Assembly: GCA_044224875.1 (NCBI GenBank)
Contig: JBGAJQ010000031.1
Location: 1-58,506 of the forward strand
DNA from: Gemmatimonadaceae bacterium
GTDB lineage: Bacteria > Gemmatimonadota > Gemmatimonadetes > Gemmatimonadales > Gemmatimonadaceae
Direction of reading: 5' to 3'
DNA length: 58,506 nt
The position numbers and the translations under genes were made by a program. Of the stretch, positions 20,636-30,264 are shown piece after piece; the stretch's first letter is position 1, and the number at the start of each line of letters is the position of its first letter. The notes beneath the pieces were generated by a model, which saw only the letters and a list, made by a program, of their open reading frames with translations, ran no database searches and was not told where the DNA came from.

Positions 20636-22027
20636 ATGACCAACTCGTTAACGAGAATACTTGTTAAAGTATTGATGCCATTAGCGTTAAGTGGCATCAT
20701 CGCACCCATTGCGCGAGCCCAGCATTCCGCTCACGTCGACTCCCTGAAGCCCAAGGTCGACTCGGCCAAGTCAGCGCCGAAGTCGGAGCACACGCGCGTG
20801 GAGAAGGCTGGCGAAGTCGTCACACTCCGCGATTCAGCGAAGTCACACGCAGGTGACGCCGAGCCTGGACACGGAGCAGCGGCGAAGTCGCGAACGAGTT
20901 CGTGTACTTCGCTCTCCCCGATAAGCCGCGAGAACCCGGTGGTTCCGGAGACGGCGGGGCCAGGATTCGCGTCGTTCATCGATCCAACCGTTCGAATCGA
21001 TGCTGCCGAACGCGTGATGATCGGCTGCCGGTCGTTCGTCGCGCCGTTTGCCTCACTCGACGGTTCCCTGGGACCGATTGTAATCGGCGACGGCAGCAAC
21101 GTCCAGGACAACGTGATGATCGCTGGGCGACTCGTGGTGATCGGCGATCGCACCATCATCGCGCACGGGGCCACGATCGTAGGTCCGGCCACGATTGGGG
21201 CTACCGGCGGTGAGCCAGCCTTTGTCGGCTTCAACTCGTACATCGACGGCGCGACGGTAGACCCGGGCGCGATGGTGACCCACCTGGCGCGCGTGGCACC
21301 GGGCGTGGTGATCCACAGGGGTCACAAGGTGCTCCCGGGGAAGTTCGTGAGGACGCAGGCCGAGGCGGACTCATTCGCGTTAGGCAAGGTGGTTCCGATG
21401 AACGCGGCAGACATCGCCTTCATGGAAGGGGTACTTCACGTGAATGGGGAGTTCGCCGACGGATACGCCGAGATGGCACATGCGTCGCCCGGCGGCATAC
21501 TCGGCATTGGGCGCGATCCCGGTCAGTCCGACTTCAATCCCGAAAGCGATGCGCCAGAGATTGGCGGACGACGTGGCGTGAAGCCGACCTTCCGGAACCG
21601 AATCGTCGGACAGGTCCGCATTCCGTCGTCGGCCGAGGAGCTCGACCAGCGTCTAGGCCGGCAAATCGCCATCCGCGCAGATGAAGGTGAGCCATTCGTG
21701 TTTGGTCGCATTGGTCGCATGCAGGATCGCGTCACCTTTCACGCCCTCGAGCATTCATCGATTCAAGTCGGCGACGACGTGGAGTTCGGCTACCACGTTG
21801 TGGTGCATGGTGGAGCCGACGAGGGGAACACACCCCATGAAACGACGACCATCGAGCCTGGCGTCGTGGCGAAGGATTGGAGCGTCGTCTTTCGGTCGAC
21901 TATTGGTCGTGGCAGCGTGATTGGCACGCGCGCCTATATCGACGGATCGCAGATCCCTGCTGGAACCGTGGTACCCGATCGCGCCATCATCATCAAGAAC
22001 AAGCAGGTCGGGACGGTCGAGTGGTAG
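20636..22027 (+). CDS. Secreted protein with two left-handed beta-helix gamma-carbonic-anhydrase (Cam-like) domains
   Basis: Hexapeptide repeats; domain 1 IGDGSNVQDNV..IAHGATIVGP; domain 2 IRADEGEP..MQDRVTFHALE..GYHVVVHG; signal peptide. Confidence 0.75.
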   Translation: MTNSLTRILVKVLMPLALSGIIAPIARAQHSAHVDSLKPKVDSAKSAPKSEHTRVEKAGEVVTLRDSAKSHAGDAEPGHGAAAKSRTSSCTSLSPISRENPVVPETAGPGFASFIDPTVRIDAAERVMIGCRSFVAPFASLDGSLGPIVIGDGSNVQDNVMIAGRLVVIGDRTIIAHGATIVGPATIGATGGEPAFVGFNSYIDGATVDPGAMVTHLARVAPGVVIHRGHKVLPGKFVRTQAEADSFALGKVVPMNAADIAFMEGVLHVNGEFADGYAEMAHASPGGILGIGRDPGQSDFNPESDAPEIGGRRGVKPTFRNRIVGQVRIPSSAEELDQRLGRQIAIRADEGEPFVFGRIGRMQDRVTFHALEHSSIQVGDDVEFGYHVVVHGGADEGNTPHETTTIEPGVVAKDWSVVFRSTIGRGSVIGTRAYIDGSQIPAGTVVPDRAIIIKNKQVGTVEW

Positions 22028-22160
22028 ACAGGTGAGCTCCACCTGACGGCCGACGCCTCGCGACCCCCCACGGTCGCGAGGCGTCTTCCGTTAGGCGGTC
22101 TGGCCTTTCGCTCCCATGAATGGCTGGCGATACTCCGATTGTCCCTTCTCGGAGCCAAAC

Positions 22161-23489
22161 GTGGATCGGCGAGACTTTGCGCGGGCCATGGCCGGTGTGT
22201 TCGGAGCTGGTTCGTTAGGCACCTGGCCGGCCCTTACGCGTGCATCCGGGCGTTCCGATGCACTGCGCGTGGATGGGGAGCGCATCAACCGGCAGCTCGG
22301 GGAGCTTGCCCAGTTTGGCAAGAATCCGTACGGCGGTGTAAGTCGCGTCGCATATTCGGACTTCGACAAGCAGGGGCGCGACTACGTACAGGGCCTCATG
22401 CGTGCCGCCCACCTGGATGTCTCCATGGATGTCGGGGGCAACATCCTCGGGCGACGAGCTGGCAAGAACGCGTCACGAAAACCGATCCTCTTTGGCTCGC
22501 ACATCGACTCAGTTCCCGACGGTGGCAACTATGACGGGGACGTTGGATCCCTCTCGGCCATTGAAGTTGCCAGGACTCTGGCAGAACGGAACGTGGTGAC
22601 GGAACACCCGCTCGAGGTCGTGATCTTTCAAAACGAGGAGGGTGGGACGATCGGCAGTCGAGCGATGATCGGCGAGATTCACGCCACGGATCTGGCGCTG
22701 ATGACGAAGAGTGGCAAGACCATCGGCGACGGTATCGCCTTCATCGGCGGAGACCCGACGAAGTTGAGCTCACCACTTCGAAAACGTGGCGATGTCGCGG
22801 CGTACGTTGAACTGCACATCGAGCAGGGCGGCACGTTGGAGGCGACGGGAACCGAGATCGGAGTGGTGGAAGGGATTGTCGGGATCGGTTGGTGGGACGT
22901 GACGATCGAGGGCTTCGCGAACCACGCGGGGACGACGGCCATGAACAATCGCAAAGACGCCATGCTCGCCGCGGCACGCTTCACGGAAATGGTCAATCGG
23001 GTCATCACCAGCGAGCCCGGTCGTCAGGTAGGCACCGTCGGAAGAATCCAGGCGTTCCCTGGCGCGCCAAACGTCATCCCGGGCAAGGTGGTCCTGAGTC
23101 TCGAGATTCGCGACCTTGAAGCAACGCGGATTGCGCATTTCTTCGGTCGTGTCCGCGCGGAGGCGGCCGATATTGGGAGGGCGACCGGGTGCACTTTCTC
23201 GTATACGTCCACACACGACTCGGCGCCGGCGATCTGCGATGGAGGGGTGCAGTCAACAATTGAGCGGGTGGCCGGGGCAATCGGCTTGAGCACGAAGCGA
23301 CTACCGTCTGGAGCCGGGCACGACGCACAGCACATGGCCGCGATAGCCCCGGCCGGGATGATCTTCGTGCCATCGGTTGGCGGGATCAGTCATTCGCCGC
23401 GCGAGTTCACCAAGCCGGCGGATGTCGTGAACGGCGCGAATGTGCTGTTGCAGACCGTCCTGGCACTCGATGCCACTGCTTCGGGTTAG
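22161..23489 (+). CDS. Zn-dependent M20 hydrolase (allantoate amidohydrolase / N-carbamoyl-L-amino-acid hydrolase family), Tat-exported
   Basis: GSHIDSVPDGGNYDG, NEEG, ELHIEQG, NHAGTT, SGAGHDAQ, GISHSPRE; DRRDF twin-arginine motif at the GTG start. Confidence 0.92.
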   Translation: MDRRDFARAMAGVFGAGSLGTWPALTRASGRSDALRVDGERINRQLGELAQFGKNPYGGVSRVAYSDFDKQGRDYVQGLMRAAHLDVSMDVGGNILGRRAGKNASRKPILFGSHIDSVPDGGNYDGDVGSLSAIEVARTLAERNVVTEHPLEVVIFQNEEGGTIGSRAMIGEIHATDLALMTKSGKTIGDGIAFIGGDPTKLSSPLRKRGDVAAYVELHIEQGGTLEATGTEIGVVEGIVGIGWWDVTIEGFANHAGTTAMNNRKDAMLAAARFTEMVNRVITSEPGRQVGTVGRIQAFPGAPNVIPGKVVLSLEIRDLEATRIAHFFGRVRAEAADIGRATGCTFSYTSTHDSAPAICDGGVQSTIERVAGAIGLSTKRLPSGAGHDAQHMAAIAPAGMIFVPSVGGISHSPREFTKPADVVNGANVLLQTVLALDATASG

Positions 23490-23837
23490 TGGCGCGTCGG
23501 GTTAGTCGCGACGCGCAGGGCGCGGCCTAACGACATCCAACGTTCCGAATTCGGAATCTGGCCATTCTTGCCCATCAGGAGCGCGAGCGCTCCACAACTT
23601 GGATCACAAACCAGGTCACAAGTACGTGGTGGCCGAGCAATTCTAAATGGGAGATTAATGAAGCTGATCGGTGGCCAAGGTGTGGCATTCGCTCGACTCT
23701 TGCGCCGTTCTCATTAAGTCCGGATAATGGCCGCCTTGTCCGGCGGCCCTTTTTCCACCAGACAATTGGCAAGGGGTCGGCATTGTGGCGGCGATGGCCG
23801 GCACCTCCGCCGCACTATCCACTTGGAGGCATGGCGC

Positions 23838-24863
23838 ATGAAAATCACGAAGGTCCTCGCACTTGGAGCGTTTGCCGCATTCGTAGCGGCTTGCTCCGAC
23901 GCACCAGTGACGCAGCCTGTTTCGCCGAACGCAGTTGACGCGACTGCGAACGGGTCGTTCGACTTCGGAATGGAGAACGCCGGCAAGATCAAGATTCACC
24001 CGACGGTGCAGGAGGCCGCACGCCGTCAGAGCGTCCAGGCCGGGCCGCCTATCCTCTACCATTCGTGCAACCTGTGCCGTGTTCTCCCCTCGCCGCAGGT
24101 GAACGCCATCTACTGGGGCACCTCAACGATCTACGCCGGTGGACCAGCCCCCGGAACGAGCGGCCCGGGCACGTCAGATGGCTCCCTCATCGGCACGTTC
24201 ATGCGCTCGCTCGGCGGAACGCCGTTCTGGAGCATCAACAACGAATACACTGATTGGACCGGCGCTCGCGTTGCGAACTCGCTGAACTACTCGCGCTATG
24301 TCGCTAACAATTCGGCTCCCCCCGCGGCGCCGACCAACGCTCAGATCCAGGCCATGCTGGAAGGGCTCCTGGCTTCTGGCGCGCTGACCTTCAATCAGCA
24401 GACGATCTACGCGGTCTTCACGGGCTCAGGTGTGAATCTCGGCGGTGGCTTCGGCACGCAGTACTGCGCGTACCATGGCTACTTCCCGTGGACCGGACAC
24501 CCGGGCAAGTACATCATCTACGCCGCGGAGCCGTATGACGCGCAGTTTGTCGGCGCTTGCACGGCGGTGAACACGCCGGCCACGAACTCTCCAAATGGTG
24601 ACTTCGCCGCCGATGCCACGATCAACGTGCTGTCTCACGAGTTGGAAGAAGCCTCCACGGACCCGGGTCTCAACGCGTGGTTTGACGGGCTCGGACAGGA
24701 GAATGCCGACAAGTGCGCTTGGACCTTCACGCCGACCTTCTCGGCGCCGAACGGCTCAACCGCCAACGTCACGTTCTCTGGCCGGAACTACTTGATCCAG
24801 CGCAACTGGCGCATTGGTGCGGTTCCGCCGCCGACGAGTCAGTTCGGCTGCTCGCTCTCTTAA
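23838..24863 (+). CDS. Lipoprotein with a Phi-1/EXORDIUM-like (phosphate-induced protein 1) domain
   Basis: Lipobox VAAC; YCAYHG, SPNGD..D..INVLSHELEEASTDPGLNAWFD..G.ENADKCAW, YLIQRNW. Confidence 0.75.
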   Translation: MKITKVLALGAFAAFVAACSDAPVTQPVSPNAVDATANGSFDFGMENAGKIKIHPTVQEAARRQSVQAGPPILYHSCNLCRVLPSPQVNAIYWGTSTIYAGGPAPGTSGPGTSDGSLIGTFMRSLGGTPFWSINNEYTDWTGARVANSLNYSRYVANNSAPPAAPTNAQIQAMLEGLLASGALTFNQQTIYAVFTGSGVNLGGGFGTQYCAYHGYFPWTGHPGKYIIYAAEPYDAQFVGACTAVNTPATNSPNGDFAADATINVLSHELEEASTDPGLNAWFDGLGQENADKCAWTFTPTFSAPNGSTANVTFSGRNYLIQRNWRIGAVPPPTSQFGCSLS

Positions 24864-24921
24864 CCGAGGGCAGTCGCCAAGCCTCTGGTTTAGCGCGTAG
24901 AAGGTGAAGTGAAATTTGGAG

Positions 24922-24964
24922 CGGCGCACGATGGAGAGGACTCCGCGTGCGCCGTTTCTTTTCT
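24922..24964 (+). terminator. Intrinsic terminator after the Phi-1-like gene
   Basis: CGGCGCACG..GGAG-AGGA-CTCC.CGTGCGCCG stem followed by TTTCTTTTCT. Confidence 0.75.
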
Positions 24965-25149
24965 GTGTGATTGCCATTCTGCCGTCACGTGCAGATGAGG
25001 CTGCCGCGGAACTCCAAGTGAATGTTTTACCTGTCCATCACTGGCGAGTCCTTGTTATGAGAGCACACGTCCGGGCGCTAAGTCAGCGATGACCCGCAGC
25101 GCCTCAAACGGGTGTTGGATTGTCCCACAGGCTTTCCGAAGGAGGGGAA

Positions 25150-25671
25150 ATGGCGTACCATGTTGGCATGGCGCCCCATCTATTTGACCACGACGACCTT
25201 TCGGAGAGTGCGATGCACTCACGGCGTGAGGAACTCGTTCTCGCGCTGTTGAAGTCCGCCGCCGTAGCTCGTCGACCAGCCACGAAGATCGTTGAGTCGC
25301 ACGGCCTTTCGCTGGCGCAGTACAATGTGCTGCGAATCTTGCGTGCGGCTGGTGCGGACGGCATGCCCACGCTGGCCATCCGCGAACGGATGGTCGAGGA
25401 AGCGGCAGGGATCACGAGGCTCATCAACAAGCTCGAGCGCGCTGCGCTTGTTAGGCGTGACCGGTCAACCTCGGATCGGCGATGTGTCCTATGTTACATC
25501 ACGGACCGTGGCCTCAAGCTGCTGACGCAGCTAGATGACCCGATCGTCGAGGCGAACGAGGGCGCGATGCAGATCCTCAGCGACGCGGACGTGGACCAGC
25601 TTCAGCGTTTACTCGACCTCATCCACTCTCGACGCAAGAAGGCGGTCGGAGAGACGCGAAAGGTCGGTTAG
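25150..25671 (+). CDS. MarR family transcriptional regulator
   Basis: GLSLAQYNVLRILR, ITRLINKLERAALVRR..DRRCVLCYITDRG; RBS GGAGG. Confidence 0.92.
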   Translation: MAYHVGMAPHLFDHDDLSESAMHSRREELVLALLKSAAVARRPATKIVESHGLSLAQYNVLRILRAAGADGMPTLAIRERMVEEAAGITRLINKLERAALVRRDRSTSDRRCVLCYITDRGLKLLTQLDDPIVEANEGAMQILSDADVDQLQRLLDLIHSRRKKAVGETRKVG

Positions 25672-25752
25672 ACGAGTCGCGGAGTCGTTCGACATCAGCA
25701 GCGGTCGCCTGAACGGCGGCCGTTTTGCTTTTGTTGCCTGCGAGGTGTCGGC

Positions 25753-27399
25753 TCATCGAGGCACGTCGAAGGGGAACCCGTTTCCGACGGACAGCACCCA
25801 GCGGCCGAGGAGCGCGTCGTTGCCCAAACGCCGTGCGAGATCGAGGCGCAAGAGTCCGTTGGTGGTGGGCACGCGCGGCGACCCCAAGCGGAGACCGACG
25901 CCCAGGTCGGTCCCACCACGAGCGCGCGAACCGGCGAACCATGCGCCGCCGCGGTCGGCGAACGCCGCGATGCCTAACGAGGCGAGACGCCAGCCGAACA
26001 CGTCCCGCGTAGCGGTATACTGATATTCCGCGGTGCCGTGATACATGCGGTCGCCCGTGAATGAGTGCGCGGGAAAGGCGCGTGGCCCTGAGCTCAACCC
26101 AAGGTCGAACTCCATGCCCGGAGCCGGCCGATGTTGCATGCCGCCAGCCACATGGAACGCGAGCAGATGCGGTGTTCGTGGACGTAGGATCATCGTAGCC
26201 GACCCTCGCACGGTGCCAGAGTCCAGTCCACCGGCTTGTCGCCCCGTCGCGGCTAGTTGAGCAAAGGCGAAGCCTCGCCGTTCTGCCACAAGGACACCGC
26301 CTTGCAGCAGGAGTTCGGCACCGACGCCAGATCGCGAATAACCCCACGCCGCGGGGGATGCCCACAATCCACCCCGAAACGTCGGACTCAGGTTCACGTC
26401 TTCATCAATCCCGCTGTTGCGCAGGCCTTGGGTGACGTGGAACCGCGACCGACTCACTTCGGCCGCCAGGCCGGCGGTGACAAATACACTGTGCGGAAGA
26501 TCAACGTTAGGCAGGTACGGGCCAAAGTCCTCCCGCCGGGCGATGAGCGTTGCCTCGGTGCGCACGTACCCATTCGGGCCGGCGCGCCACGCGTGGCCAA
26601 CATGCGCACGACCTAAATCCATCGACCGTTGCAGGGAGTCGGAGGGATCCTTCCCACCGTCCCGCCATTGCAGCACGCGACGATCCAGGGAGGTACCTTC
26701 CGCGCTCCACGCCCATCGATCGGAAAGCGTGCGGAACGGGTTCGACAGGGCCGTCAGGCTCACGTCGCCGTCGGTGAGTCGGTCCAGCTGCAAACGCACG
26801 TCGGTGGAGTTATGCAGCAGGCGCGGCGCCGTCAGGGCCAACCTTGCGGAGTGACGATCGGGTTCCGTGCGATACCGAAACCCGAGCGATATCCCCGTAC
26901 CACCCAGGTTCGCCTCGGCCAGCGACGCGTTGAAGATCACCTGGCCACCGGAGACGCGCGCCCCGGCGCTTCCCTTGGTGGTCCACCGGTCCTTCGTGGT
27001 CACGCGAACCACGGGCCCGGGCGCGTCAGGTACCGAGTCGATGACAACAGCACGGAAAAACCCGAGTCGTCGCAGGTTCCGCGCCGTCTCTGCCGCCTGC
27101 GCGGAGTCGAACGGCGTGCCAGGACGCAGCAGGACCTCCCGCCGAACAACAAACTCCCGGGTGGTGGCGTGCAGCCCGTTGATGAGGCGCGCGTACCAGC
27201 GGTTTGTCTCAGTCGAGTCGAAGATGTTCTCGCGACGAATCTCGATACGTGAAACGCGGACTCGGGCCGAATCCTGCGCCGAGAGGGGCGCCTGGGCCGC
27301 GAGAAGTGCGGCGAGTGTCGCGCAGGGCAACCAACTTCGCCGACCACGTCGCCGCGGACGATGCCTCAGGCCCAGACCGGCGGTCGACGGCCTATCCAC
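25753..27399 (-). CDS. Omp85/BamA-TamA-like outer-membrane protein (POTRA + beta-barrel); start uncertain
   Basis: POTRA-like TREFVVRREVLLRPGTPFD..ETARNLRRLGFF; beta-strand-rich C-terminal half; GPRAF, FADRGGAW. Confidence 0.72.
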   Translation of the reverse strand: MDRPSTAGLGLRHRPRRRGRRSWLPCATLAALLAAQAPLSAQDSARVRVSRIEIRRENIFDSTETNRWYARLINGLHATTREFVVRREVLLRPGTPFDSAQAAETARNLRRLGFFRAVVIDSVPDAPGPVVRVTTKDRWTTKGSAGARVSGGQVIFNASLAEANLGGTGISLGFRYRTEPDRHSARLALTAPRLLHNSTDVRLQLDRLTDGDVSLTALSNPFRTLSDRWAWSAEGTSLDRRVLQWRDGGKDPSDSLQRSMDLGRAHVGHAWRAGPNGYVRTEATLIARREDFGPYLPNVDLPHSVFVTAGLAAEVSRSRFHVTQGLRNSGIDEDVNLSPTFRGGLWASPAAWGYSRSGVGAELLLQGGVLVAERRGFAFAQLAATGRQAGGLDSGTVRGSATMILRPRTPHLLAFHVAGGMQHRPAPGMEFDLGLSSGPRAFPAHSFTGDRMYHGTAEYQYTATRDVFGWRLASLGIAAFADRGGAWFAGSRARGGTDLGVGLRLGSPRVPTTNGLLRLDLARRLGNDALLGRWVLSVGNGFPFDVPR

Positions 27400-28853
27400 G
27401 GTCGCGCCTCTTCGAGCTGGCGGGCGAGACGAAAGAGCGTGGCCTCGTCGCCATACTGCCCGACGACGTGTGTGCCTACGGGAAGCCCTTCGCTGTTCCA
27501 GTACAACGGAACGGACATCGCCGGCTGACCCGTCACGTTGAACAATGGTGTGTACGGGATGAAGTCGAAGAGCTCGCTCGCCGCCTTATCCAGCGCGCCC
27601 AGCAACCGCAGGACAGCGCCGGCTCGCAAACGCCCAAGCACGCGCATGAGCGTCTTCTCGTGTGCGGCTGGCTGCAACTGCCCGATCGGGAATGGCGGCA
27701 TCGCCAGCGTGGGGGTCACGAGGACGTCTACATCCTGGAAAAACGCGCCAATCGATCGCCCGACGCGCCGCAAGTGGTGCAGGGAATGACTCAGGTCCGC
27801 TGCCGACAGCTGTTGCCCAAGCAGCGCGAGTGCCCATGTCGCAACTTCCACATCATCCGGTGTTGCAGCTCGGCCAATCCACTCGCGCGCCTCGGCCAAC
27901 TCGGCCGACACCTCACCGCAGACCACAGTCAGGAATGACATGTTGAAGCGCTCGCGATCGATCACCGGCGCACGTTCGATGACCTCGTGGCCCAAAGACT
28001 CCAAAAGCTTCACGGCGTCGGCGAGGGCCGCCTGACAATCGGGATGTACCGAGTGTCCGAGGAACGGTGCATCCGTGAAGGCGATTCGGAGCCTGCCCGT
28101 CGGTCGCGTCAGCTCCTCCAGGTATGGACGGCTTGGTTCCTCGGCGTAGTACGGGGAACCCGGCTCGGGGCCGCGAAGCGCGTCGAGCATGGCTGCACTG
28201 TCGCGCACCGTTCGCGTGACGCAGTGCTCGACGGCGGCTCCCTGCCAGTGCTCTCCGACCACCGGGCCCGCCGGAGTTCGCCCGCGCGTTGGCTTGAGCC
28301 CGAAGAGAGCGCAGCACGAGGCCGGAATGCGGATCGAGCCGCCACCGTCACCTCCGCCGCCTAGCGGTACCATGCCGCTGGCCACCGCCGCCGCGGATCC
28401 CCCGGACGAGCCCCCCGGAGTTCTCGACAAGTCCCATGGGTTTCGTGCTGGGCCGAGAAGCTCCGACTCGGTGAATGGGGTGAGCCCAAACTCGGGCGTG
28501 TTTGTCTTTCCCACCACGATCGCGCCGCTCTGCCGGTAGCGCCTCACGATCTCGGTGTCGTGGGGAGGCTTCCAACTGCGGAAAAGCCGACTCCCACTAG
28601 TCGTCGGTTCACCCTCGTACCACGAGAGCAGGTCCTTCAGCACGATCGGCACACCGCGAAATGGTCCGTCCGGCAAGGGCGCGGCCGCCTGCGCCAGCGC
28701 GCGATCGTGCATCTGATGCACTACCGCATTCAATCGTGGGTTGAGCGCGGTCACGCGCTCGATGGCCGCCGTCACGAGTTCGACGGGTGCCACCTGCCGG
28801 TCCCGGACCAAAGCGGCCAGCCCCAACGCATCGTAGTTTGAGTATTCCTTCAT
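27366..28853 (-). CDS. Amidase-signature family enzyme
   Basis: [42 protein letters not shown]. Confidence 0.95.
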   Translation of the reverse strand: MKEYSNYDALGLAALVRDRQVAPVELVTAAIERVTALNPRLNAVVHQMHDRALAQAAAPLPDGPFRGVPIVLKDLLSWYEGEPTTSGSRLFRSWKPPHDTEIVRRYRQSGAIVVGKTNTPEFGLTPFTESELLGPARNPWDLSRTPGGSSGGSAAAVASGMVPLGGGGDGGGSIRIPASCCALFGLKPTRGRTPAGPVVGEHWQGAAVEHCVTRTVRDSAAMLDALRGPEPGSPYYAEEPSRPYLEELTRPTGRLRIAFTDAPFLGHSVHPDCQAALADAVKLLESLGHEVIERAPVIDRERFNMSFLTVVCGEVSAELAEAREWIGRAATPDDVEVATWALALLGQQLSAADLSHSLHHLRRVGRSIGAFFQDVDVLVTPTLAMPPFPIGQLQPAAHEKTLMRVLGRLRAGAVLRLLGALDKAASELFDFIPYTPLFNVTGQPAMSVPLYWNSEGLPVGTHVVGQYGDEATLFRLARQLEEARPWIGRRPPVWA

Positions 28854-28878
28854 CACCAGAAACATGGCACACGTCTCC

Positions 28879-30033
28879 ATGCGATGGCACCGACAGGTCG
28901 TCATGCTCGTCAGCAGTCTTCTCCTGGCCCCCGCGGTCGGTGAGGCGCAGATGCAGAACCTGAATTGGCGGGCGGTTGCCGAGCGCTTGGTGGAACGCAT
29001 GGCCCTCACGCGTGGCGAGCGTGTGTTCCTGCTGGCGGCACCGGGAGAGGCGGACTCGCTCATCTTGCCGTTGCGCGCAGCGATTCGCGGTGCAGGAGGC
29101 GTGGACCTTGGCGCACTCTCGACGCGCGGCGACGAGCCTCAGGCATGGGCGACCGACTGGACACGCGAGTCACACGGCTTGACCGGTGCCGCGCTCGAAT
29201 CGCACGTGCGATCGGCGGACTTGGGGATCATGCTTCCAGGAGCAACACCGGCAGACACCGCGTATGCCGCCATGCAGGCAGTGTTACGGTCGGGAAAGGG
29301 CCGGACGATTCACTTCCACTGGGCCGGCGCGTACGGCATGGATGGCGTGTTGCAGCTGGTGACTGCGCAGAGGTCGGCGCTGTACGAGCGCGTATTGCAG
29401 CACACGGACTATCGCGCACTCGCCGCCGCGCAGGGGCGACTCGACGATGCGATGCGGGGACAAACGATTCGGGTAACGACGCCAGCTGGGACCGACATTT
29501 CATTCCAGATCGGTGACCGGCCGGTCACGAAGCAGGATGGAGATGCATCGTTGGGGCGCGCGCGCCGGGCAAGGAACCTGATCGATCGTGAGGTTGAGCT
29601 GCCGGCGGGGGCAATTCGCGTGGCGCCCATGGAGGAGAGCGTGAATGGAACGATCGCCTTTCCCTCTGGGGAGTGGGGAGGCGAGCGGGTCGAGGGATTG
29701 GTGATGACCTTTGCCAAGGGGCGCTTGGTTCGGTTCACGACGAACACTGGACGTGCAGGAGTCGAGCGGGAACTGGCATCGGGCGGAGATGCCGCGCGCG
29801 CGTTTCGCGAATTTGCCCTCGGGATGAATCCGCTGCTGGCGATCCCAGAGTCCGGCGAGCGATGGGTCCCATACTACGGGTACGGTGGCGGTGTGGTGAG
29901 GTTGTCGTTAGGCGACAATACCGAATTGGGTGGCGTGGTTGGGGGAGGCTACGTGCGCTGGAACTTCTTCCCGGATGCAACCGTGACCATCGGGCGGGAC
30001 GTTTGGGTCAACGGCGGTCGGCTCGTACGCTAG
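28879..30033 (+). CDS. Secreted M29 (thermophilic aminopeptidase)-fold protein, metal ligands apparently degenerate
   Basis: IRVTTPAGTDISF, LPAGAIRVAP, NGTI, FREFALGMNP, LSLGDNTELGG; signal peptide; start uncertain (28864-28903). Confidence 0.65.
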   Translation: MRWHRQVVMLVSSLLLAPAVGEAQMQNLNWRAVAERLVERMALTRGERVFLLAAPGEADSLILPLRAAIRGAGGVDLGALSTRGDEPQAWATDWTRESHGLTGAALESHVRSADLGIMLPGATPADTAYAAMQAVLRSGKGRTIHFHWAGAYGMDGVLQLVTAQRSALYERVLQHTDYRALAAAQGRLDDAMRGQTIRVTTPAGTDISFQIGDRPVTKQDGDASLGRARRARNLIDREVELPAGAIRVAPMEESVNGTIAFPSGEWGGERVEGLVMTFAKGRLVRFTTNTGRAGVERELASGGDAARAFREFALGMNPLLAIPESGERWVPYYGYGGGVVRLSLGDNTELGGVVGGGYVRWNFFPDATVTIGRDVWVNGGRLVR

Positions 30034-30264
30034 GAGCGCAGGGGGAAGGCGCGAAGCGTCAGCGGTAGACTCGGCGCTTCACGTGCTGGGTCGTCTTGGT
30101 CACGGTGCTACCGGAGAGCGCCAAGGTTACCCGGGCTCGGCTCGTCGCGGTCGCTCGACGAAGGACAACCGGTCGCGGCGGGATGACCTGACGAAACCAG
30201 GGATCGCCGCCGCCGTAGGGTGTGCTGCGCTCGCTCCAACCGATCCTCGAAACCCGCATGTGAC

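Noticed and set aside
23765..23782. Sigma54 promoter upstream of the Phi-1-like gene (TGGCAAGGGGTCGGC)
   Set aside because: GG-N10-GC spacing is present but the -12 element lacks TTGC; too weak to call.
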